A stretch of DNA of 60,858 nucleotides, filler included, from Sphacelaria rigidula (Eukaryota): assembly GCA_964200075.2 (NCBI GenBank). It is 7 parts of 7 records of this genome, joined end to end, with 100 filler letters (N's around TTAATTAATTAA, not from the genome) between each part and the next. Parts side by side here need not be neighbours in the genome. Positions count along the whole stretch, not along the records: positions 43,546 to 52,152 come from CAXNAA020010614.1; positions 52,253 to 60,858 come from CAXNAA020010615.1; 5 more parts are not named here. One strand, 5' to 3'. Of this stretch, positions 49,701 to 60,858 are shown in pieces (position 1 is the first letter of the stretch; every line of letters begins with the position of its first letter). Below the pieces are notes generated by a model. That model made no database searches. It was not told where the DNA came from and saw nothing but the letters and a program-made list of their open reading frames with translations. Made by a program: the position numbers and the translations under genes.

Positions 49701-51204
49701 GCTCCCCCGCCTTAGCTTGGGGTGGTGCCCACGCCGTTGAGACATACCGTTGGCCGATTCAATGGCAATGGCTCCCGTGTGTTTTGTTCCGATGCCGGCG
49801 TACTCGAGACTTTACAGGCCACGTCTTCCTCATCTGATACGCTTTTTCGCATTTTACACTCTACGCTCCGCCACTCGTACGCTCCTCCATCACCTGCTAG
49901 GTTTTCTAGAGGTGGGCCATCAGCGGTCACGCCTGGTACCTCTGACTCGCTGGACAGGGCAGTTGCCGTGTTTCCCCTCTAGGACTGGGGGCTTAGCCGC
50001 TTTCGCCCTGCGCATTCGACCGACGTGGCCCCCGGCGATTCCCCTTAGAGTTTCCGCTGGTACTGTGTGTTCGGAGTCTGCCGGTCGAGATCTACTCTCA
50101 ACCATGGGTTTCCCAGGGGTGGCGGCCCGAGTAATACAGGTGCATCGTCACCTGTCCGGAGGAGATGGAGCAACGAGGGATGAGTGCAACGTACTAGCCA
50201 TCTGTCCTGTCCACAAGGAGGGTGTGCTGAAACTAAATGGTGTTCTTCTTCCCACCGTTCAACGGAGCTGCAATATGCCGGTCCTTGGTTCAACCGGCGG
50301 AGCATGCTCCTCCCCCGGATCTAGGCGGCTTACTTCTCTTCAATACACATGATAAATCGATTGCTCGATATTTCGAGTCCGATTCAAATTGTTCCGTTGA
50401 ATTTCGACATACGGCGTGAAGGAGACCCATCGAGGGCGTGCCCAAGCCGTCCGCAACCCAGCTTGATGTACCAACTATATGCAACACTACCTACTACTGT
50501 AACCCTAACCACAGGGGTGTTCAAATTCCGATGCGGTCCTCTAAGCGCGCGGTCCTCTCACGCATTACAGAGTGGCACAACTCCGCCCAATCTAAGAAAA
50601 GGAAAGAGAGCGATGATTGTGACAAACGAATGACAAATAATGGAGAAACAACCTACTACACCTAAAAGACACCCCAAGGTCACGCTCTCATTTCAACCCA
50701 CCTTTGTCGTTTGCCTGTGGCTCCCCTGCCACTTAGCCGACGATGTCATTACCTTTAAGGCCCCAACAAACCCCAGGCCTTCAAGTGGTTATGATATTTC
50801 AATGTGACGAAAAATGAAAATGCTTTGAAAAATTGAAGACCTCCACTCTCGCTTCGAGGGAAATCAAGATTGTCAAATCGATATTTATTTCAACACTCGC
50901 CGTGAGGACAACTAGAGCATGACTGTAAAATTCTTCTCATATGAGAGAGAATCTCAGATTTGAAAGAAGTTACAAACGACGCGAAGCAGATATATTGTCT
51001 GTGATCCTGGCATCATCCCGACGACCCTAACCACGCACGTTTTCACCCGATTTAACCACACCACAGTTGTATATCGTGCATGACGTTACACGCCCTACGT
51101 TGTGTTTGCCTTATGCTTCGACAAACACCCTGCAAACCCTCACACCCACGTAAACATTTTTGTTCTTACATTTTTAATCCTCTGAATGCGTTTGTTCTTT
51201 GACG

Positions 51205-51310
51205 CTTCCTGAGTGAGGGTTTCAAATGTTTTTTTCCGGGTATGTCTGTCGTGTGGATGATGACCATGGCTAGATTCCTGGAGGATCACTTCATGTGCGA
51301 CAATCAATAA
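51205..51310 (+). mobile_element. Diverged 3' end of the (AATC)n-tailed RTE family
   Basis: GACCATGGCTAGATTCCTGGAGGATCACTTCATGTGCGACAATCAAT. Confidence 0.65.
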
Positions 51311-52152
51311 CTCACCTACGAGCAGGAGTTGGTTATGATGAGCGAGCCTTGCCGTGAGGGATTCCCTACCTACCATCAACTGAACGGAGAAAAACGACCG
51401 CCACTCCGGGCTTCGCAAGCACTGTTTGAACGAAAATTAGTAGGGCTGTGACCTGGAGCAGTTTGTACTGGCAGTTGAACTGAAACTGGAGTTTAACGGG
51501 AACTGGTGATGACGACTCCAGTTTATCCAGTTTATTTAATGTTTGCCGTCACCGGCATGTTGATACCATTTCTAGTATGGTGATATTATAACAAAGATGA
51601 TTACATGATTACGAACAAAATGACAGTAGGATTGGGGTCTGCACCTGACAACAGTACGGGTACAGACAGTGCAGTACAGTACTCGTGGTCACTACACCTC
51701 GAAGTGATATTGCGGATATATGCCAGGTTTGTCGTTTCATAGCACGACATCTGGAATAAAAAATAGTAAACAAACGGTGATCCGCGACCACAAACTACAA
51801 AGTACACCATGACTTGCAATTCAACTGCATGCATGCTTCTGGTTCCGGACGTCGATCATCTTGCGCTCTTATATCCGCGTGCTGCCAGCCTTGGCTTGTT
51901 TGCATCTTCCTCTCCTCACGGAGAGTCTGCTACTGCATACAGTATTACAGATTAATGGTTTTCGAATCGCTCACCGCTTTGACTGTGATTTGAGTGTCAT
52001 CCAAGAGTGCCCAAAAAATCAATCCGAGACCCTATGCCCCTTTTTTCAATCCTGGAGTTTTCGCGGGGGGGGGGGGGGGGTTCTTTTTTTTTTCTTTCTT
52101 TTGTCGTTTTGCCATTTACCACCCCTCCCTTTTGGGGCGGGGCCTGAGTTTT

Positions 52153-52252
52153 NNNNNNNNNNNNNNNNNNNNNNNNNNNNNNNNNNNNNNNNNNNNTTAA
52201 TTAATTAANNNNNNNNNNNNNNNNNNNNNNNNNNNNNNNNNNNNNNNNNNNN
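52153..52252. other. Artificial contig spacer
   Basis: N44-TTAATTAATTAA-N44. Confidence 0.98.
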
Positions 52253-52739
52253 GGGGGGGGCGGTGGTCGCGGCTTCGCCGCGACACCAACGTACTGATAA
52301 GACCCAGTAAACTGGCTAACTGGCTGCTTTCCGCAGCCAGTTTACTGCTATTGGCGCGGAGCGTCAGTCCCCAACCCTACTTATCAGGCAGTGATTGGGT
52401 AAAGAGCTCTTTGGACGTAGCTCTCTTTTTGTTTTTCAAGTGAAATCGCCAGGGGTGACTCCTGATTGTTCGGATTTCAGGGCTATTGATGGGGCAGTGT
52501 GATATCACACTGAGTCGGACTCTGGTGTTTGTTCACAGGCATCCACACTACATATGGCCATGCCTTGTTCACAGTATGGGCTAGTGCCGTGAGCTCAAAA
52601 CCAGCCTGGATTCCAGTCACATAAATGATGGAAAGGAGAAAAAAAAGTACTGGTAGAGTATGCACCAACGTACAGGAAGTAAGCAAGTGTCCTGTGAGCA
52701 AAGAAGAGACCAAAAAACTTTTTGGGCTGCAGTCTGTTT

Positions 52740-53179
52740 CTAAGGCCGCTTTTTCTGGTCTGGAAAAAGTCACTGAGAAAAGTCGTTTTGGTCAGTTTTC
52801 CGGGTACTTGACAGAACACGACCTGTTAGGGCTACTTTTCATGAAAAAGCCCTCTGGAAACTGTGAATTTTTCCGATTTTTCCTGTCAGCATGCTTTTGT
52901 GAAATTTGTCCGAGGAAAGCGGTGAGGTCGCTCCTTATGAGCCGAAAAACGTCACTGAGAAAAGTCGTGATGGTCAGAATCCAGACACTTTTTTCAAAAC
53001 GCGAGCTTTTAGGGCCAATTTCCATGAAAAACGTCTCCGGAAACTGCGAGCCTTGCCCAGTCAGCAAAAGTTTTCGTAATCTCGCTGAGAAGCCGTCAGC
53101 TCTCAGTGAAATCAAACTGTCTGAAAAGTAGCCCTCCATCACATACTCTTCGAAAACTGGACCCGCGATGGTACAGTAG
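52740..53179. repeat. Dispersed repeat with internal ~182-bp tandem subunits; second copy at 60610-60858
   Basis: CTGAGAAAAGTC...CATGAAAAA..CT..GGAAACTG repeated; both copies end CCATCACA.ACTC..CG....ACCCGC.ATGGTACAGT. Confidence 0.7.
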
Positions 53180-53209
53180 GTGATGAAGCACACTCCACGC
53201 ATACGAGTG

Positions 53210-53579
53210 AGTGAGTGTGTGTGTGTGTGTTGTCGTCCCATCTATTCTGGGCGCTGGTCTACACCTTTCGGTATTGTGGGCGCACCAGCCGGGGGTCACT
53301 CAGGAGGAAGGTCAACACAGGAGCTTTCTCTTCTTGATTTGTTTAAGGTACCCCACCTTCCTTCTGCGGTGCTTGCCATTATTTTTTATCGCGAGAGGGG
53401 TTTAGCAGTCCCTTTCCCTCGTTGACCGTTTGGTCGAAATCCTGTGTACCCACGACATAGTCGCTCTCCACTGTTGGGGCATTGTGTGAGAAAAAATCCA
53501 GATCGCTCCGAGAATTGAACCCACGATCCAACCGTCAGAAGGTTTTGAGGTTACCAACTGAGCCACCGGGGCGACCGGC
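53210..53579 (-). mobile_element. SINE family B copy with (CA)n tail
   Basis: Reverse complement of 37426-37757; (GT)n at 53215-53230. Confidence 0.82.
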
Positions 53580-56500
53580 TGAGTGTAGTACAGTCAGTGC
53601 AAAAGCAGCTGTGCATGGTGTATGTACAGTACCCTCACAGCAGCATAGCTGCGGCAGTACTCCGTGCATCCTGTTGGTGACCGTAAGACAAGGGACATGC
53701 AGTACAGTACAGTAGTTTTTCGCCAGCAGCGGTACTGCTACGGAATAGCACACTGTCGCCCCTACTGGCCGTATGACGGCTCGTATCGTTTCATGCTCAT
53801 CATACAGACCTCTCGGGTAAGGCGAAGGGAGGGGTACAGAACTCACACAAACTGTCGAGCAGGGTATGGAGGCTGCACAGAATCCCGTACCAGCAACAGG
53901 GTATCTCATCAAGAGCATACTCGTGTACCCTGCGTTAGGTACGGGAGGCTTACAGAGCTCAAGGAACTACCTCGTATTAAAATACATGAAAATTATACAG
54001 AGTTCATACACAACTGTCGGGTATCTGTATGAAAGTGTCGAGTACCGGTGTAAAAGTGTCGGGTACGGTAAATACCCGGGAAAATACCCCGGGTATAGAG
54101 AAAACTGTACCATACCGAACACAAACCTGGAAAGATCATGGCACAGGAAACCATGCGAATTTTCGCATCTACGGCGCCGCGCCTTCAAGATGATGAGGAG
54201 ACACATACGCATTTCATGCGTTGCTGTGCCATCCTACGAGTCGACCATCACTCATTACGGGGGTGCAGGATGGGCAGCATGCGCTTTGCCCTGTCCGGTC
54301 TTTGAAGGGGGGGGGGGGGGGGAGGACAGGGGGAAAAAAAAAGGGGCAATTTTGGCACGCCCCGAATGGGGGGGGCCCAGNNNNNNNNNNTTCCTTCTGA
54401 CCCTTTTGTTTGGTCGTGTGTTTTTGGTGCCGATGTGGGGAGGGGGGGGGGGGGGGGGATGACAGCGGGACGAAAAAATGGGTCATTTTGGCACGCCACG
54501 TATCGGGTGCGTCCAGTGAGTCGAAAGTTTGCCTCCTGATGCTTGTATAGGATAGTTGTTTCTATCTTCCTCCCCTCCTGCACGTTTACACGACTCCCTC
54601 GTACACTCGTGAGGTCTAACCCTAAGATGATACTTGAGCGGAAGAGGTCCCACACTCGTACGGTCATTTCCCTGAACCTCCCGCAGTCATTGCGCGCGCC
54701 ACGCTGCCCCTCGGGTGCCTACCTGTGTTGGAGACATTGAAGCTTACGTCCCACACCCGTGAAGCGGGATACGGCGCAAACGTACACACAAGAGAAAATT
54801 TCTACCGTGGGTAGCAATCATGTCGGCGGTGAGCCACGTCATGGTTTGATTTTTGCATACAGGCGTTCGTTTCATTTGTGGCCGCGCTGCTGGAATTCCT
54901 GCCTGGTGCTGGGATTCCAGGCAGAGGAGAAAGTATGTGTGGATTGACGCCGAACCATATGCGGGGATGGTGTCAGTATTGTGTGTCTTGTTCGCATTCG
55001 ATCGCCGGGATCGTCTTAGGTATTTGGGACCAGTTGAAGACATGGTGCGGAAAGAGTTCCGAGTTGTCGACGCTGAAGGGGGAAGTTGCAATTTGGAGGG
55101 TCGGTGGATGTTTGTTCATGTAGCCACAAGCGGATAAGATTTTCAAACAACGCCTGCCGATTGCCGAGTGGTATGTTCATGAAGGAACTGCCAGGGTATA
55201 TGTAGATAGACTCCCCGACCCAGGTTGGACGGGCCGCGAAAAAGGTTGACATCGCGCCGGACAGTAACCACAGAAAGCACTACAGTAAGGATTGTGGCGT
55301 GGACTATGGGCCAGCCCTGGGTTGCGGTCGATGTTTTTACGGACTTGGGCTAGGCCGGGGACTAGACTGTTGCAGCACACGCACAACGACACATGGCAGA
55401 AGATTGCAGGATGTATTGTGCGGCGAACATTCGCCGACGCGGCGACCGAGAGGAGGTTGTGAGGAAAGATTGCGCCGTTACGGTGATATACTTTGCCGAC
55501 AATGGAGAAGATTCTGATCGATGACGTTGAGGACGATTACTAGTCTGCCGCAAGTCAATCATGCTTGTCTCCCGCCCCTTCCTTCCCGTCGCATTGCCGC
55601 TCGATCACGTGGCAAGTGTTTCACCGCATTTTCCCGGATACGCTTAGGTCCCTTGAGGGGGTATTTTTTTCTTGCCATTGGTCAATTTTTGGAGTCTCGC
55701 GGGTTCATGAACGAGAAAGTAATCGCGACGGAATTATTCCACGCTCACTTTCCCGAGGAATATGTTGTCAGCGCTTAATTCTTGTCGTGTCGACCATGTT
55801 GACAAGCTACTGTCACTCAATTCCGGCGAAGTTTTTTTTCCCGAATAAAAAAAGACGGAAAAGTATTGAAAAAGAAATGTACCCGTTTGCAGTGACCCTG
55901 ACCTCACACCCCCGGGTGTAAGCGCTATTTAGCCTCATTCTGGAGTAATAAATATTCCGGGGATTTGAAGCTCTCGCTCGCCGCTGCGGCGTAGCAAAGT
56001 GAGCCGGTAAAAATCACTGAAATAGTCGCCACGCGATTGATGCGCATTTGACTGACTCAAGAGGTCGTTCGGCATCATGATTGTTACTGTTGAGGAAACA
56101 GTGTTTTGAAGTTGAGACTCGCTATTCTTCAATCTTAGTTTTAGGGATACCCTGTGATATTTGACTTCACATACATTGTCGGACGTGGTCAGTCCCTCGC
56201 GAGGGGCTAACCCCGAACAGGGTAAAGAGGGGGCGGTCGTCGATACTTCTCATACTTGACGGCAACAGTCCACGCCCGGAAACCCTCCACGCTTCCTTTC
56301 AGGAAGAAGTCGGCCTACATTCCGGAACAAGGGATACACATGTGGGAAAATCTTCGAAAAATGACAGCACAGTGTACACTCGTACAGCCCTATATCGTGA
56401 CAGGATGGACGCGGTGAAAATATTACCAACGCCGAGACTCGCGCGCCGTAAAGCATCTGCGCGACAGCTCTGACTGCAACCAAGTGAGCTGCCGACGTGA

Positions 56501-57549
56501 TCGTAGGCATATCGGGCGGCAGGCCGATGCAGCGAACCCTAACCCACAGTGCTCGGGAGTAGTACCATTATGCACTCGTCTTCATCTCTCCCGTGCTGCC
56601 GCAGGCCGCAGCGGTAACGCCAGTATCTTTCGATACCAGGTCAATGCGGCGTAATTGCAGCTGGTGTATCTTTTGACGGTTGACTGGTGCCATGTTCGAC
56701 TTTCTGTCATTCTTTTGATCGTGAAGTTCTCGACCGCCGCTGCACGCACCCCCGTGAAACTTGGTCTGCAAATCGGGCACATGACAGGCGGTGCATGTGC
56801 CGGAGCACAGCTCCTTTCGGTCCGCGAGCATATGACAAAACGCGTACTCCGAGGTTGGGCAATACCGTCAACATCCCCTCAAAACGGCTATCTTGCGACC
56901 GAGATTATGTGCATCGTGAATGCATATGTGGACGTGGTAACGCACTCATTTCCGCATCATGACAACGTGGGAGGCTGCAGGGCTGCCAAACAAACAGTGA
57001 TCAATTCTGGTGCCACCTCCGGATAATGACAATCTGTAGGAAAGTCATTCCGGTATCGCCTGTAGAGATGCTCAGCGCAGGAGGCACGGTCGTGCGCGCG
57101 CTGTCGTCGCTGCGGTGCGCTGAAACTTCAGCAACATAACATGTAGACCACGATCGACAAGCCCACGTGTCTGGATCTAGGGTTGGGCATTGCAACAGTG
57201 CTTCAGGGTTTTGAAAGAGCTTCAATCATGTTCCAGTATTCAAATATATGTATATATATATATATATATATATACATGCCGAAGGAATGTGAATGTATGC
57301 GGGGGGGCAGTGAGGTGCTGCGGGCCGGCTTGCTTCTCGCGTCGAGGAACCCGCTGTGAAGAGTGTTATAGCTGTCGCATACTAAACCAAGTCAAAAAGG
57401 GATGAGGCATGTGCTCTGTTCGTGTTCTGCTTGGTAGAGGTGCGGCCATGTGTGATGACGTGTCATATTCCTCCGTGTTTCATTTCACTTTCATCGGGAT
57501 AACATTTTTTGGTCGTTAGACCACAGTGTATGGCGGTCGAAAAACCGGA

Positions 57550-59800
57550 TCTGTACGCAGATCGGGGGACCTCAGATCCGGAAACGCATTGTATGGACCC
57601 CAATTTGGCCCAAATCTGGGAAGCTCAGATTCGTTTGTCACGATTTGAGAACGGCTTTACACGAATCTGAGCACAGATCCGTGGAAAATCGAGGTCCCCC
57701 GAATCTGTAGCAACTGACGTACGTATGTTGACGTACAGTGATGGGGCAACAGACGTTCGGTATTTTTGCAACATCAGCAGCAGCCAGTCTCGTGACTGCA
57801 CAGACGGTGCCTGCGAGCGCCGGCTGCTGGAGCAGCTCCGCACGGGGTTCAACAGGCGGATAAGAAGTGTTGATGCCGAACCTGCGGTGATGGCAAATTT
57901 TTATGCTGCACTGTACTGCTGCATGTATCATCATTACGAACGGCAGTGTACTATCCTACATACACTCTGCTGTCGCGGCACTTGCAGGGTGACGAATGAC
58001 ACTGCACTCGTGAACTCTTGTCGCACACTGTGCGCTGTTCTCGCAATACCGAGTGTATCATCATGTAGTACCACACTACCACACTGCATTATCGTGTACT
58101 GTGATTGTGCGGTGTACTTCACAACATTATACCCTGGGGTACCATGGTACGACGCTGCTCTTGAAGGATGGTTCCCTGCCTGCCTGTTCTTCGGCTTCAC
58201 TACTGTGCAACGACACCCGCCCAGAAAATGAACGTTCGTGTTCAGTAACAAAAATCTGTGAAGCCAAGCCATAGAGGGGTACCCATGAATCTGAGTTTCA
58301 CGAATCTGGGTCCCCCCGATTTGGCACAAATTCGAGTCCCGCCTGATTCGGGATTGGCTGCCATATAGAGTGATCTTACACCATCGATTATGGCAGTCAC
58401 CAATCTCGATTGTTACGTAAATCAAGGGGGAAAAAATCGGAGGACGCATACAATGGACTCCGATTTCGGCCAAAACCGGGGGCGGAAAATCGGGGTGTCA
58501 CGATTTCATAACATTTTCCTCTTTTCTCTGCGAAAAATCGGGGGAAAGCTGAGGTCCCCCCGATTTTGAAGAGGTGACGTACGTACACTGACGTACAATG
58601 GTAGGGTACGAGGCATTTGACAGTTTTTCAACCGCAGCAAAAGACAGTCTCGTGAAGGCACAGGGCGTGCCTGCCCGCGCCAGCTCCTGAGGCAGCTTCG
58701 CATAGGGTTTGACGAGCGGATGATAACTGTTAAGGCCATACCCTACGGATATGGGATATTATATGCTGCACTGGGCTGCCATTTGTATCACCATAACTAA
58801 CGGTACTACACGTTCCTATTAGTATTTTGTCGCTGTACTTACTTGCAGGGCGATGTACAGTATGGCGCCGCACTGGTGACCTCTAGTTGCACACTGTTGT
58901 GTTTGTTCACTGTTCCCGCAATACTAACTGTGCCATCATGTATCACCCCATGGCATTATCATGTACTGTTATGGTGGAGTGTCTTGCACTGTATCACCCT
59001 GGGGTACCAAGGTACGACACTACTGTGCTTTGGAAAGATTATTCCCCCCTTGCCTGCCCTTCGGCTCCACGATTACGCGATACCATACTCATCCAGAAAA
59101 TGACCATCAGTGAACAGAACTAATTCACAAATCTGTGATACATACTATTGTACCATGAAACGGTCGCCACAATTTCGAATAAATCAGGGTCTCCAAACAT
59201 CGAGATTCGCTGCCATGAAAGTCTGTCTTTTTTCAGTATACCCCCCATTCCCACCCATAAGACCATTTGGCATGAGTCACAAATCTCGATCTATACGCAG
59301 ATCGGGGGAACTCAAATCAGTACTCAAATCGGGAGACGCCTAGAATAGACCCCAATTTGGCCCAACTCGGGAAAGCTCAAACTCGTGTGTCACTATTTGA
59401 TAACGGTTTCCCTCGAATCTGAGGGGAAAATCGAAGTCCTCCGAATCTGTAGGAAGTGGCGTACGCACATTGACGTACGATGACAGGGCGGCAGGAGTTT
59501 GATATTTCGCAACCGCAGCAGCAGACTGTCTCGTGACAGCATAGAGCGTGCCTGCCAGCACCAGCTGCTGAAGCAGCTTCGCCCGGGTTTGACAAGCGGC
59601 TAGAAGTGTTTACGCCGTACCCTGCGGCAATGGCGATACATTATGCTGCACTGCGCTGCTGTATGCATTGTCATAACGAACGGTACTGCCTATTTTACGT
59701 ACAGTATTCGAATTTCTGCTGTCGCTGTACTGGCAGAATGATCGGCACTCCGCTCGTGACCTCTTGTCGTGCACGGTTCCTCGCGATACCGACTGTATGT
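57550..59800. repeat. Diverged tandem array of ~860-880-bp units (about 2.6 copies)
   Basis: Colinear blocks GACGTACG..TGACGTAC, CAGTCTCGTGA, GCAGCT.CGC and TATGCTGCACTG recur at ~57716, 58577 and 59460. Confidence 0.85.
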
Positions 59801-60858
59801 GACAAGGAGATTCATTCACAGACATTTATGGGAATTTATCCCTTTTATGTGGTGGTTCTCACATCTCCCTTGGTTACAAAAGAAGAATGTAGGTTGGGTC
59901 GCCTGCCTGCAAAGCGTTCATGCCCTCCTCACTCACGCCCTCATTATTAGCAGCGCCAGCGGTATCCATGCTACAGTACTGCTGCTGCTGCTGCTGCTTC
60001 GTGGTATCATGCTACAGTACTGCTGCTGTTGCTGCTGTTTCTACTGCCTTTGCCGCTAGCTTGTGGTGGTTCCTCTGTACACTGTGGTGCTGCGCGTTCG
60101 CGCGTGCGTGTCGAATCGTGTGCTGCGCGCGCACAGTGTGTCCGGTCTCTTGTGCGCGGACGGATTCAAAATTAAAAAATGCGTTGGTCGGACCGACGGG
60201 TCTGCCCAAATGGGCTATAGAACCGGTTCTAGTTAGGCTTTAGTTCCGTATGCGCGCATAAAGTTCAGCTTAAATTGGGGGTTTTGAGCTTAAATAGGCC
60301 TTCTCATCGCACAGCTTATAATTAGCTTAATATGCTGTAAACGAGCTTAACCTGCTTGAAACGCGCATAGAATGCGCATAAAACGCTCATAAAGTTGCGA
60401 TATTTTTGCCTCTTGCAGCCAGCTGCCCGCAAGTGCTCCATGTGGTGTGACTCGTCACCAGACAGACCAACAGATTTCAGGCTTCAATACTCCAAACTTC
60501 CATGGTCGTGTTTTGTGTTTCTATTTTGTTGCGGGTCTGATCAGCAAAATGTTCCATTTTATCATCATCATACATGGTACTATCTATGTTGTTTTCAAAA
60601 ATGTGCGCTTCTAATAGACTTGAAAAAGTCTCTGAGAAAAGTCATTTTAGTCCGTCTCCAGAGACTTTTTTCAGAACGCGACCTCATAGTGCCAGTTTCA
60701 TGAAAAAAAACTCTGGAACTCGGCCACAAATCGCAGACAGCGGGATTTTGCGAAATCTGTCCGAGAATCGCCATCGATTCACAGAGACTTTTCTCAGTCT
60801 GCGAATTGTCGTTCCATCACACACTCCTCGCACACCGCACCCGCAATGGTACAGTCAG

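Noticed and set aside
49000-50350. Broken minus-strand ORFs, possibly a retroelement ORF1/gag relic
   Set aside because: No recognisable motif; cannot be supported.
51441-52380. TAGGG...CCCTA ends with AACTGG repeats appearing to bracket the spacer
   Set aside because: The two ends lie on different concatenated contigs, so they cannot be called one element.
56570-57060. Faint resemblance of the minus-strand translation (ELITVCLAALQPPTLS.CGNECV) to a hAT dimerisation domain
   Set aside because: Too degenerate, with several stops; needs an HMM search.

Overview
Eukaryotic, repeat-rich genomic DNA, most likely from a brown alga (Phaeophyceae). That assignment is inferred from a multi-WSC gene, a 42-aa TPR exon, GT-AG introns of about 0.2-2 kb and the repeat landscape. 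The window is not one locus. It is seven contigs of 8611, 8610, 8610, 8607, 8607, 8607 and 8606 bp, ordered by decreasing length and joined by artificial N44-TTAATTAATTAA-N44 spacers, so adjacency across the spacers means nothing. Host coding sequence that can be supported: 8 exons of a multi-WSC-domain gene (27148-33604, +), 2 exons of a metaxin-like gene (-), one kinesin-light-chain-type TPR exon (-) and two orphan terminal-exon candidates. The rest is mostly mobile DNA: a decayed RTE-type LINE with an (AATC)n tail plus dispersed 3' ends, a Copia gag-protease remnant, three tRNA-derived SINE-like families, non-autonomous hAT, Tc1/mariner-like and CMC-like TIR elements, and foldback MITEs. 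The most notable observation is an RTEX-like LINE family. All seven of its 3' ends abut G/C homopolymer tracts, and where target-site duplications are visible they start in the C-run. This suggests a G/C-tract-targeting non-LTR retrotransposon.
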